Source: Vicinamibacterales bacterium (lineage in GTDB: Bacteria; Acidobacteriota; Vicinamibacteria; Vicinamibacterales; UBA8438). From it: 64,000 nt of DNA. The notes beneath the pieces were generated by a model. It saw only the letters and a program-made list of their open reading frames with translations, was not told where the DNA came from and made no database searches. This document shows, piece by piece, positions 44,174 to 54,097 of this stretch. Within the stretch, counting starts at the first letter, position 1. Every line of letters starts with the position of its first letter. Both the position numbers and the translations under genes were made by a program. The DNA is taken from contig CBDBKJ010000004.1 of NCBI GenBank assembly GCA_965206705.1, forward strand, positions 1,114,703 to 1,178,702. The letters run 5' to 3'.

Positions 44174-45385
44174 TCACGACGAATCCAGGAGGGCCGGAGA
44201 CACCCACTGGCCGGCGAGGCAGTCGACGACGTGCATGTGCCCGTCGTCGCACCGGGGACACTGCCGCAACGAGCGACCGGTCAGCGCCTCGTAGCGCTCG
44301 CGATAGTCGGTTGTGGCCGAGCCGGCGTGCTCGGCCGAGGGTAGCGGGGGCGCGTGCAGCAAGCGCCGGCACTCGGCGAGCTTCTGCCGGCGGGCGCGAT
44401 TGGCGAGGAAGCCGTAGTAGCGAATGCGGTGGAAGCCGGGCGGGAGCACGTGGAGGAGCATGCGGCGGATGAACTCGGTCGCGGTCAGCGTCATGGTCTT
44501 CTGGCGGGACGCGCCGGCCCGGCGGTAGTCGGTGTAGCGGAAGCGCACGGAGCCGTCGTCGAGGCTGCACAGGCGCTGGTTGCCGATGGCGACCCGGTGG
44601 GTATAGCGACCGAGGTAGTCGAGGACCTGTTCGGGGCCGGCGAAGGGTGGCTTCGCGTAGACCACCCATTCGGCCTCGCGGGCCGGGCGGAGGTGCTCGG
44701 CGAAACGCCCGGGGTCGCCGAGGGGCTGCAGCCGGCCGGCGAAGCGCAGCTGTCCGGACTCGAAGGCGTCCTGCAGCGCCTGGAGGAGAACCCGACGGAA
44801 GTAGCGCGAGAGGACCCGGACCGGCAGGAAGAAGCCGGGGCGGCAGGAAACCCAGCCGCTGCCGTCGCTTGCGAGGCCCCCACCCGGGATGACGCAATGT
44901 AGATGCGGATGATGGACGAGCGTCTGTCCCCAGGTGTGGAGGACGGCGAAGAAGCCGATCTCGGCGCCGAGGTGGCGGGGGTCGGCGGCTATGGTGCGGA
45001 GCGTCTCGGCGACGGCGCGGAAGAGGAGACCGTAGACCACGGCCTTGTTTTGGGTGGCGATCTCGGCGACCGCCGGCGGCACGGTGAAGACGACGTGGAA
45101 GTATTCCGTGGGAAGCAGGTCCGCCCGGCGCCGGTCGAGCCACGCGGCGCGGGCCAGCGACTGACAGGTCGGACAGTGGCGGTTGCGACACGAGTTGTAC
45201 CAGACGCGCCGATGACCGCAGTGGTCACACTGCTCGACGTGGCCGCCAAGGGCGGCGGTGCGGCACTGCTCGATGGCCGTCATCACGCGGCGCTGCGCCG
45301 TCGAGAGAGCGGCCCCGACCTCGGTCCGGAAGGCATCGCCGTAGCGGCGGAAGACCTCCGCCACGGTGAGCGCGGCGCGTGACAC
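44174..45385 (-). CDS. IS91 family HUH (Y2) transposase
   Basis: CRTAALGGH, NSCRNRHCPTCQ, YFHVVFT, HTWGQ...HPHLH, YLGRYTHR and HRIRYYG. Confidence 0.93.
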   Translation of the reverse strand: MSRAALTVAEVFRRYGDAFRTEVGAALSTAQRRVMTAIEQCRTAALGGHVEQCDHCGHRRVWYNSCRNRHCPTCQSLARAAWLDRRRADLLPTEYFHVVFTVPPAVAEIATQNKAVVYGLLFRAVAETLRTIAADPRHLGAEIGFFAVLHTWGQTLVHHPHLHCVIPGGGLASDGSGWVSCRPGFFLPVRVLSRYFRRVLLQALQDAFESGQLRFAGRLQPLGDPGRFAEHLRPAREAEWVVYAKPPFAGPEQVLDYLGRYTHRVAIGNQRLCSLDDGSVRFRYTDYRRAGASRQKTMTLTATEFIRRMLLHVLPPGFHRIRYYGFLANRARRQKLAECRRLLHAPPLPSAEHAGSATTDYRERYEALTGRSLRQCPRCDDGHMHVVDCLAGQWVSPALLDSS

Positions 45386-45394
45386 GGCCGTCGC

Positions 45395-46264
45395 TCAGTC
45401 GACGTCCGGGGTGCGTTCCGATGCGGGCCGTGGGAGGAGGTCCAGCGGACTCGCGGTCGAGCAGACGGTGGTGGTCGCGACCCGCAGGTAGCGTGCCGTG
45501 GTCTGCAGGCTCCGATGCCCGAGCAGGAGCTGAATCGTGCGCAGGTCGGTGCCCGCCTCGAGGAGATGGACAGCGAACGCATGGCGGAGCGCGTGTGGCG
45601 ATACCGGCTTGGCCATGCGCGCGCGGCGGGCGGCGACGTGGCAGGCGCGCCCGACCGCCCCCGGAGTGATTGGTGCTTCCGGGGGCTCGCCGGGAAAGAG
45701 CCAGTGCCGCGGCCGGTCGACGTGCCACCAGGCGCGCAGAACCGCCAGCAGCTTCGGCGAGAGCATCACGTAGCGGTCCTTCTGCCCCTTGCCCTTCTCG
45801 ACGCGGAGCACCATCCGTTCGCTGTCGATGGCGGACACCGTGAGGCGGACGGCCTCGGAGATGCGCAGGCCGGCGGCGTAGCACGTGGTCAGGATGGCGT
45901 GATGTTTGGCGGCCTTCACCGCCTCGAGAAACTGCATCACCTCGTCGCGGCTGAGCACGACCGGCAAGGACCGGGGCTTCTTCGGCACGGGGATCACGTC
46001 GTCGAAGGCCCACCGCTTCTGGAGCGTGACCCGGTAGAGGAACCGGAGCGCCGACACGGCGACGATCAGAGAGCTCGGAGCGAGGCCGCGTTCGTTGGTC
46101 AGGTACACCTGGTAGTCGCGAATCTCCTCGGGACCGAGGCGCGCCGGCGAGCGGTCGAAGTGGCGAGCGAACCGCGCGACGGTCTCGACGTATGTGCGTT
46201 GGGTGCACGACGACAGCTGCCGCACCTGCATGTCTTCGAGCATGCGTTGACGAAGAGATGTCAT
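45395..46264 (-). CDS. Site-specific tyrosine recombinase
   Basis: YAAGLRISE, GKGQKDR, HALRHAFA, LLGH and TTARY catalytic residues all present. Confidence 0.93.
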   Translation of the reverse strand: MTSLRQRMLEDMQVRQLSSCTQRTYVETVARFARHFDRSPARLGPEEIRDYQVYLTNERGLAPSSLIVAVSALRFLYRVTLQKRWAFDDVIPVPKKPRSLPVVLSRDEVMQFLEAVKAAKHHAILTTCYAAGLRISEAVRLTVSAIDSERMVLRVEKGKGQKDRYVMLSPKLLAVLRAWWHVDRPRHWLFPGEPPEAPITPGAVGRACHVAARRARMAKPVSPHALRHAFAVHLLEAGTDLRTIQLLLGHRSLQTTARYLRVATTTVCSTASPLDLLPRPASERTPDVD

Positions 46265-46794
46265 GAGACGCTCCTCTGCGAAGGCCCTGGGGGATTCCAG
46301 GCGCTCGCAGAGGAGCGTATGGCAGGACGGAGGGCCGGCTGCAGCGGTGGGACAGGCTGGCCGGACGCCTCAGAGTCGGCGGGTCGATTCAGCGTCTACC
46401 GCGAAGCGGTTTAGTGCAAATACCTATATCACTTGTTTATAGACAATCTGCACCTTGATGATACTAGGTCTAATCGGACTTGACAGTCAATACGTCCCCC
46501 AGGGCATAATGGAACCGGTTAGGTTAATATCGAAAACTTATATGGCCGATAAAAAACCTCTCGGTATTCCTGGGGCCGGCGACGTCTTGGTCGCCTTCGA
46601 GAGCGCCGGTCGTCTGGGCAGCTTGTCTCGGAGCAGCGAAGGAGCTGCGGACTTCGCAGCCGGCGATCGAATCCCCGCGTCGCCGGCGAGGCGAGCCACG
46701 GCCGGGGAGCGGACGCGGGGCCGGCCGCAGTTAACGGAATACCGCTTATTGGACCCAGGACAACTTGCCCGCCGGGCGGCGCCTGAATGAGGCC

Positions 46795-47085
46795 GGTGAC
46801 GGTCGACGTGCTGGCGAACGATTCCGACCCCGACGGGGACCAGCTGAACGTGGAGTCGGTCTCCGCGCCGGCGACGGGACGGCGCGGATTGACGGGGACG
46901 GGCGCGTGACCTACGCCCCGGCCGCGAACTACCACGGCCCCGACCGCTTCACCTACGTCGTCTCCGACAGCGGCGGGTTAACCGCCAACGGGACGGTGAC
47001 GGTGACGGTGACGGTGACGCCGATGAACGATGCACCGGTAGCCGTCGGGACGATCCCGGATCAGGTTCTCGACGAGGGTGGCGAT
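46795..47085 (+). pseudogene. Fragment of an Ig-like/cadherin-like repeat adhesin gene
   Basis: [13 protein letters not shown], then after a frameshift [21 protein letters not shown]...[13 protein letters not shown]. Confidence 0.75.
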
Positions 47086-47223
47086 CGAGGGCTGCAGATC
47101 GAGGGCTGCCATCTGGCCCGGCCGGGCTTCCCACGGCTCCCCAGCCAGACAGGGGCGGCCCGGTACACCCGCCCCTCGGGGGGTTCGGACGGGCCACTGG
47201 CAGCTCCGGAGGTAGACGGAACC

Positions 47224-47421
47224 ATGCACTACCAGACCGTCAAGGGCGTCGTCACCATCGACGTCGAGCAGGGCAACGTCGCGTGGACCGCAACCGCCCG
47301 AGACCGCAACCGCGAGCTCATCGCCAAGCGCATGGGCGTCCAGCGTGACGCCGCCATCGAGCGCCTGAAGGACGCCCTCAACGACAAGGGCTTCTACCAG
47401 TCGCTCAGGAGAGAGCAATGA
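47224..47421 (+). CDS. Small hypothetical protein (65 aa)
   Basis: GGAGGT RBS; [17 protein letters not shown]...; GC3-rich codon pattern. Confidence 0.55.
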   Translation: MHYQTVKGVVTIDVEQGNVAWTATARDRNRELIAKRMGVQRDAAIERLKDALNDKGFYQSLRREQ

Positions 47422-47509
47422 ATCCGCGACCCTGGACCGATGGAGGAACCGCCGCCGCTCGGTGACGATGTGCTTCAGTCCCCCGCGGCTCCAGGGCGCG
47501 ACCGCCTCG

Positions 47510-47933
47510 GACTCGACGCCGCGGCCGGGCGCAGGTGGCGAGGACGGCGGCCAGGTCCGCCGCCCCGAACGGCCGCGCCTGTCCTCGGCCGCGATCGCCG
47601 GCTGACCGCCGGTAGCCGGCGAGGACGCGGGCCGTTCGTTTCCCGGCCGGGCTCGGCTCGCCGGCGAGGCGGGTTCGGAAGCACGCCGCGGCTATCGCCG
47701 TCGACGCGATCGCCGGCGACCGGCCCTGGTCGTGGAGCTCGGCGAGGTAGGAGGCCAACGCCGCGTCCTCGAGCGGCCGGCTGTCGAGCCAGGCGTCGAA
47801 GGCGGCGGAGCGCCCCGGAGTAGGCCCGGCGGGTGTTTGGGCTGATGGAGGCCTCCGCGAGGCGGCGGGCGGTTGGCGGCGGGCGCTCGATCTCGGCCGC
47901 GGCGGGGCGGGTCGGGGCGAGGGTGGTGTCCAT
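47510..47933 (-). pseudogene. Cre-like tyrosine recombinase, N-terminal half, frameshifted
   Basis: ASISPNTRRAYSGAL, LASYLAELHDQG and RGRGQARPFGAADLAAVLATC. Confidence 0.7.
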
Positions 47934-48198
47934 CTTCACCCCCGCCGCCGTTCGAGCCACGTGTCGCCGCCCGCGGAGACCCGAACCTCGAAGCAGTTGA
48001 TGCCGGGCTCGAGCTCGCGGTCCGGCGTGATCTGGTTTTCGTCGTCATGAGAATCCTCCTCTGCTGAGGAGTGCGCGACGGCGGCTGAAATCGGTGCAAC
48101 CGGCCTCACTGCAGGCGAGAGACCGCCGGCAGATCCTCGCCTGCATCATCGACCCCGCCAAGCTCAACGTGCGTGACCGTTAACGTGTATTTGCACAC

Positions 48199-48500
48199 GA
48201 ACTTCTGTGCGGGCGTTGGGCTGCCCCCACCCCGCGGGATGAAAAGCCGCGCCGGTTGCCGTGGCCGACTACGGCGGCCGCGCCGGACCACCGCCTGGGG
48301 CTGGGCCCGAGCCGGTGCTGGCGTGAGTCGGCGACGGGCTTTTCGGAGGAACTTCTGTGCGGGCGTTGGGCTGCCCCCACCCCGCGGGATGAAAAGCCGC
48401 GCCGGTTGCCGTGGCCGACTACGGCGGCCGCGCCGGACCACCGCTGGGGCTGGGCCCGAGCCGGTGCTGGCGTGAGTCGGCGACGGGCTTTTCGGAGGAA
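48199..48500 (+). repeat. Tandem duplication of a 150-bp unit
   Basis: 48199-48348 is repeated at 48349-48497 with a single 1-bp indel. Confidence 0.95.
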
Positions 48501-48529
48501 TCTGGTCGGTACCCTCTATGCCGGCGCGC

Positions 48530-48915
48530 TCTGACGCCTTGATACCTGGCTCAACAGCCGGCCGCGCGAGGACCCAATCCTCGCCGCGTACCTCGCCGAG
48601 CTCCACGACCAGGGCCGAGCCGGCGAGCGCATCGACGGCGGTGGCCGCGGCGTGCTTCCGCGCCCGCCTCGCCGGCGGGCCCGTTCGGGGCGGCGGACCT
48701 CGCCGCCGTCCTCGCCACTTGGGCGAACGCCCAGGGGGGGCAGCCCTGGAGTCCGCCCCCTCCGCGGCCGCGGAGAGGAGTCCGGCGAGGTCGCCTTCGG
48801 ATGCGACCCCGCCCCGACGCGCGGGTGCGGCCGGGGGCAGCTGCTCTTCACGGCCGGGGGTCCACCCGTCGGGCGCGCGGGTGTTCGTGGTCGCGGACCT
48901 CGCCGCTGTCATCGG
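48530..48915 (+). pseudogene. Cre-like tyrosine recombinase fragment
   Basis: LAAYLAELHDQG, ASTAVAAACFRARLAG and ADLAAV. Confidence 0.6.
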
Positions 48916-49112
48916 CCGCGTCGGCCGCCCATCGCAGCCGCCCGCCGCTGCACACGGCCTGGGGCGGTACAATCGGCCAGCCGGTTCCGTCTCCCGTCTT
49001 TCCCACCCGAACACGCCATGTCCCACGATCGCGGTTGGGATTTCGGACGGCGTTCGCATAAGATGGCGACAAGCTAGTCGTTGTGGAGCACCAATAGAAT
49101 TCGGACAACGCA

Positions 49113-49348
49113 ATGGTAAAGAGACGGTTTGAGATTGACGCGGACAGCCTGCCGGCTTTGCCCGGGATGATGCTCGTTACGATCGCGGCACTTAAGGACT
49201 TGGGCGGATCGGCCACCATCCAGGAGCTTGACGAGAAGGTGGTCGAATTGGAGGGCGTGACTGAAGCCGAGCAAGCCTTCACAATGCCAGGCAACGAACG
49301 CCAAACTCGGGTGAACTACTACCTCGCCTGGGCGCGCACCTACCTTAA
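49113..49348 (+). pseudogene. Mrr-like restriction endonuclease N-terminal domain, cut by IS1380
   Basis: ALKDLGGSATIQEL...YYLAWARTYL; the IS starts at 49349. Confidence 0.8.
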
Positions 49349-50333
49349 CCTGGATTATTCGTGAAGATGGTGATTCTGGGGGAGACACAGGAGCCTCCGT
49401 GTGGTATAAACGTTGTGTTCACAAGCGTTTAGCCACAACGGAGACCCCTGCGTGACACCTGAAAAGATATCACAGACTGTCCTGTTCCCGGATCTCTTCG
49501 ACAAGCCCCTCGTCGCCACGTTCAACCGCGAGCAGGCGAGTTCCGACGGCGGCGCCGTCCTGCTCAAGGCAGCCGAGCGCGTGTACGGCCTCGTCAAGGC
49601 GTTTGCCGGGTGTCTCGCCGACAAGCGCGTGGCGGAGAAGATTCGGCACACGCTCGCGGAGCTGATCGGACAGCGGATCTTCGGCATCGCGTGCGGTCAT
49701 CCCGACGGCAACGATGCCGACCACTTGGCGGAGGATCCCATCCACAAGCTGCTGCTCGGGCGAGACCCCGTGGCCGGCGCGCCCTTGGCGTCGCAACCGA
49801 CGATCTCGCGATTCGAGAACGCCCCGGGCCGCGGCGCGCTCTACCGAATGGCACGGGAGTTGGCGGCGTGCGTGATCGAGCGGCATCGGCGCCGCCTGCA
49901 TCGGCGGGTGTGGCGGATCACCATCGATCTGGACCCGACCGACGACCGGACGCATGGCGCGCAACAGCTCACGTTCTTCAACGGGCACTACGACAGTTGG
50001 TGCTATCTGCCGCTGCTCGCGTTCCTGACTTTCAACGACGAGAAGGAGCAGTATCTGTGCGCGGCGGTGCTGCGGCCGGGCAAGGCGGTGGCGGCCGACG
50101 GGACCCTGAGCTTGCTGTGTCGGCTGCTGCCGATGCTGCGGGCGGCGTTTCCGTCGACGCCGTTTCTCGTCCGGCTCGACGGGGGCTTTGCGACCCCGGA
50201 GATCCTCGATTTCCTGGATGCCGAACCGGGGCTCGACTACGTGGTCGCGATGGGCAAGAACGCGGTGTTGCAGCGGCATGCGGAATCCGCGATGGCGGTG
50301 GCCCGCGCGCAGAGCGAGTCCAGTGGCCGAACC

Positions 50334-52191
50334 GTCTTTGTTTACCGGGTATCGACGAGAAAATCCGTGAAGTGGCGTGCAGGTTCGGGGCACATGTGCC
50401 GATACCTGAAGTATGGCGCGCATGATGGGGGAACGCGGTGGTTCGAAGACGCGTCGGCCCGAGCGGGATCCGCAGGACAAGCGCGTCAAGGAGCTTGAGC
50501 GCGAGAACGAGAAATTGACCGATGACTTGGCGCGCACCATCCGCGACCGGGACCGATGGAAGCGTCGTAGCGAGGACCTCAAGAAGCAACTCGACGAGGC
50601 GCGTCGTGCCGGCCGCCGCCAGGCCGCGCCCTTCGCCAAGAACCGGCGGCAGGGACGCGGCGGGCGCCCCGGCCGGCGGGCCGGTGCAAGCTACGGCCGG
50701 CAGGGACGCCGCCCGCGCCCGCCGAAGGTGGACGAGACCCACCGGGCCCCGGCCCCGTCGGCGTGTCCCGACTGCGGCGGCACTGTCGAAGTCGACCACG
50801 TTGCCTCGCAATATCAGGAAGACCTCCCCAAGGTCAGCCCCCTCGTGCGCCGCTTCGACATCGAAATCGGCCACTGCGCGCACTGTCAACGGCGTGTGCA
50901 GGGCCGACACCGGTTGCAGACCTCCGACGCGCTGGGGGCGGCCGGCGTGCAGCTCGGCCCCGAGGTCGTGGCCCTCGTCGTCGAGCTGCACAACGAGATG
51001 GGTGTCCCGCTGGCAAAGGTCGCCCACGTGCTGCGCCACACGTTCGGCCTCCACGTCACCCGGGGCGGTCTCGCCCACGTGCTCCACCGCGCGGCCCGCG
51101 ACGCCGCGCCGGCCTACCGGGAGCTCTGCGAGCAGGTTCGCAACGCACCGGTGGTCACCCCGGATGAAACCGGCTGGCGCGTCGGCGGCCTGCCTTCTTG
51201 GCTGTGGGCGTACACCACCCCGGAGACCACCGTCTACGCCATCTGCCCCGGCCGCGGGTTCGCCGACGCGGCCACCGTGCTGGGGACCGATTACGCCGGC
51301 GTGCTCGTGCGCGACGGGTGGCAGGTGTACCGGTGCTACAAGCGCTCGTTGCACCAAAGTTGCCTCACTCACCTGGTCCGCCGGGCCAAGGAACTGCAGG
51401 AAAACCACCCCTACAGTGCCTGGGCCGCGAAGATCAAGGCCGTCCTTCAGGCCGGCCTCGACGTGCGGGACCGCTGCCGAGCCGGCGAATTGAACAGGCG
51501 CGGTCTCGACTCCCTTCGCGGCCGACTCGAGGCCCAGCTTGCTCGGCTCGTCGACACGCCGCCGTGGTTGCAAGACGCCAAGCGCTTCGCCAAGCACTTG
51601 GCCAACGAATTCCCGGCCGTGTTCCTCTTCCTGCGAGACCCGTCGATAGACGCCACCAACTGGCGGGCTGAACAGGCCATCCGGCCCGCGGTGGTCATCC
51701 GCAAGGTGTGCGGCGGCAACCGCACCCGCAAGGGCGCCGACACCCAGCAGGTGCTGTCCAGCGTCGTGCGCACCGCCCGCCAGCGCGGCCTTGACCTGCC
51801 TTCGGTGATCGCCGAGATGTTGCGCGCCCGCGACCCAGTTGTTCCCCAAGCCTTCGGGCTCCCACCGCCGCCCGCATAGGCTGGCGACACCCAAACCACC
51901 ACTTCAGAAGCGCGCCCGGTTCCTGCGGCTCACCGCCGGACGGGTCAAGTGCCGAAACGTTGACCGTGCGAGTCGGCTGCCGGATGGGCTCGCCAGTACG
52001 CGGCGGACGGCTCGGCCGACGACGGACGCCGCCGACCGGTCGACGCCCGTGCACCCGACTCCTGCCACGTCACGGTAACGGTGGAGGCAGCCCATTTGAG
52101 ACCCACCGTCGGCCGAACCAACGTCGGCGCTGCTCCGAAATCCGACGTTTCAAGCCCATTTCAGGCCCGTACTACCCCTGTAAACGAATAC
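50334..52191 (+). mobile_element. IS66 family element (single-ORF type), copy 1
   Basis: Ends GTCTTTGTTTAC / GTAAACGAATAC; 8-bp duplication GCCGAACC at 50326-50333 and 52192-52199. Confidence 0.93.
50413..51879 (+). CDS. IS66 family transposase (TnpC-like)
   Basis: Coiled coil, CPDCGG/CAHC zinc finger, DETGW, VRDGW, QSCLTHLVR and ATNWRAEQAIRPAV. Confidence 0.93.
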   Translation: MARMMGERGGSKTRRPERDPQDKRVKELERENEKLTDDLARTIRDRDRWKRRSEDLKKQLDEARRAGRRQAAPFAKNRRQGRGGRPGRRAGASYGRQGRRPRPPKVDETHRAPAPSACPDCGGTVEVDHVASQYQEDLPKVSPLVRRFDIEIGHCAHCQRRVQGRHRLQTSDALGAAGVQLGPEVVALVVELHNEMGVPLAKVAHVLRHTFGLHVTRGGLAHVLHRAARDAAPAYRELCEQVRNAPVVTPDETGWRVGGLPSWLWAYTTPETTVYAICPGRGFADAATVLGTDYAGVLVRDGWQVYRCYKRSLHQSCLTHLVRRAKELQENHPYSAWAAKIKAVLQAGLDVRDRCRAGELNRRGLDSLRGRLEAQLARLVDTPPWLQDAKRFAKHLANEFPAVFLFLRDPSIDATNWRAEQAIRPAVVIRKVCGGNRTRKGADTQQVLSSVVRTARQRGLDLPSVIAEMLRARDPVVPQAFGLPPPPA

Positions 52192-52987
52192 GCCGAACCG
52201 AGCACGTCTATACCGACACCCACTACGCGGCCCGCACGTGGGGCCGCGAACGCCGGGTCGTGATCAAGGCGGAAGTGGTCCGGCTCAAGGGTCGGGAGCC
52301 GCGGGACAATCCGCGCTTCGTCGTGACGAGTCTCTTGCAGAGCTCGCGCTTCGTCTATGAGAGGGTCTACTGCGCCCGCGGGGACATCGAGAACCGGATC
52401 AAGGAGTTGCTGGACGGCCTGCAGATCGACCGCACGAGCTGCTGCAAGTTCCTGCCGAACCAGTTGCGCGTGTTGCTGACCGCGGCGGCCTACGTGCTCA
52501 TGCAGGAGCTGCGGCTGCGGGCGGCGCGGACCGGCTGTGCCCGCACCCAGGTGACGTGGCTGCGCGACCGGTTGCTGAAGCTGGGGGTGCATGTCGTCGG
52601 CTCGGCGCGCCGCATCGTCCTGCATCTACCACGAGCGACGCCCCATCTCCACGCGTGGCGGCGCATCGCTCTTGCGCTTGGCGCTCGCGCGGGTTAGTCA
52701 GAGCCCGCGCGGGGCTCGGCGCACGTCTCGGTCCCGGGCGCCACCGCCCGTCCCGGCAGAACCTTCCCCCAACCTGGCCTCCGCGACCGCCCGGTGCCGT
52801 GAAGGCCACGCTACGCCCCCTGCCGCGCCCGCCGCCATGTCCGAGAGGCTCCGCTCGCGGTCCAGCAGGCCCCGTCGGTGACTGATTCTCGACCTTCGTG
52901 AATAATGCAGGTTAGTGCAACGAGGGTTTCATCGTCCGGTGCATAACGGACCTTCACGAGCGACGCGACCGCGCCCGGGCGGCAGGG

Positions 52988-53236
52988 TTGTGTAGCTGCG
53001 GGGCCGAGCGGGCGCCTGGGTATCGTCTGTGTCCGGTCTGCCACGGTCGCGCTCGCGACCGGCAGCGGCGCCAGGTCGCAACGTCCATAGCGGTGGGGCA
53101 GTGCGTCCGCAATGGGTGTGTGACCGCGGCCGAACCCGGCCGGCGGAAGTGTCGGCGGCACCTTGACGAACACGCCGAGCAGCAGCGGCGCCGCCGCGGT
53201 GCGGGGGTTGGGTCGGATAACGGCGGATTTCAGTGA
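52988..53236 (+). CDS. Small Cys/His-rich hypothetical protein, possibly 5'-truncated
   Basis: CSC...CPVC and CVRNGC...CRRH, each followed by an Arg-rich segment. Confidence 0.45.
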   Translation: MCSCGAERAPGYRLCPVCHGRARDRQRRQVATSIAVGQCVRNGCVTAAEPGRRKCRRHLDEHAEQQRRRRGAGVGSDNGGFQ

Positions 53237-53548
53237 ACCGATGCCGCGTCCGGACCTGGCTCTCGCGCGGGAGGGAGTTCGACGCCGGCGCCGTTCGACG
53301 GCCACAACCCCCGAGCCTTGAGCGCCTCGACGATGCGACGGGCGCACTCGTGTGGGTCGTTCAGGGTAGAATTATCGTGCATTCTCGAAGCTCTCCCTTT
53401 CGGGATTGTCGGCGGCCGGGGTTGGGGCGCGCGGCCTTCATGAGGAGGCAGAGCGCACTTCTCGTCGTCAACTTGACAGTGCCTCGACGAGAACCCCTCG
53501 GCGCGTTCACGGCCTATTTCGGGCCGACTACACTCAAAGGACTCACGC

Positions 53549-53752
53549 ATGGAATCTACGACCGGCACGATCAAGCGCATCACGGACAACGGCTACGGCT
53601 TCATCGCCGCGCCCGACGGCGTCGAATACTTCTTCCACCAGTCCGCGTGCACGAGCACGCCATTCGACTCGATGCGCGAAGGCGACAACGTGACGTTTAC
53701 GCTCGGCCAGGGCCCGAAGGGCCCCCGCGCCGAGAACGTCTCACCCGCCTAG
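53549..53752 (+). CDS. Cold-shock protein (CspA family)
   Basis: GYGFI and YFFHQS RNP motifs, KGPRAENV; AAGGA RBS. Confidence 0.95.
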   Translation: MESTTGTIKRITDNGYGFIAAPDGVEYFFHQSACTSTPFDSMREGDNVTFTLGQGPKGPRAENVSPA

Positions 53753-53760
53753 CTGGCTCC

Positions 53761-53805
53761 ACACTCGAACCCCCGATGACCGCAAGGCCATCGGGGTTCG
53801 AGTGT
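53761..53805 (+). terminator. Long hairpin downstream of the csp gene
   Basis: ACACTCGAACCCCCGATG...CATCGGGGTTCGAGTGT; weak U tract. Confidence 0.65.
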
Positions 53806-54097
53806 CCCTTATCGCACCAGAACATTGGCGATGCCCTCTTGCACCAGGTGGGGCCTGGGTGAACCGTACCGGGATCGCGGCCGGTCGCCGGCGGGAGTCA
53901 GCCCGTAGCTGTAGCTCGTCAACGAGGCCGCGGTCGCCGGCACGACCCAGACTCGAGACGGGTTGGGTGGTGGACACGGGCTGCCCCCAGTCGAGGTCGG
54001 TCGCAGGACTGATGCTCGCTCGGTCCGACCCGCGCCGCCGCAGGCCACGCTGGAGGCCGGGATCTGGTCGTCGGGAACGGCAGCGTTGACTGCGCCG

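Larger units (their letters stand above)
43940..46430 (-). mobile_element. Tyrosine recombinase + IS91-type transposase element (ends approximate)
   Basis: Two-gene operon bounded by inverted GCGGTTYAGTSCAA motifs (43945-43958 and 46406-46419). Confidence 0.7.
49349..52911 (+). mobile_element. IS1380 copy 2, interrupted by IS66
   Basis: Near-identical to copy 1; flanks TTAA and TTAG do not match. Confidence 0.93.

Noticed and set aside
45395-46264. Integron integrase
   Set aside because: No IntI-specific insertion is evident and there is no cassette array; it is coupled to the IS91-type gene.
48199-48500. Possible CRISPR array or integron cassettes
   Set aside because: Only two whole-unit copies, with no repeat-spacer pattern or attC core pairs.
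53761-53810. tRNA-like GGTTCGAG
   Set aside because: Part of a simple hairpin; no cloverleaf can be built.
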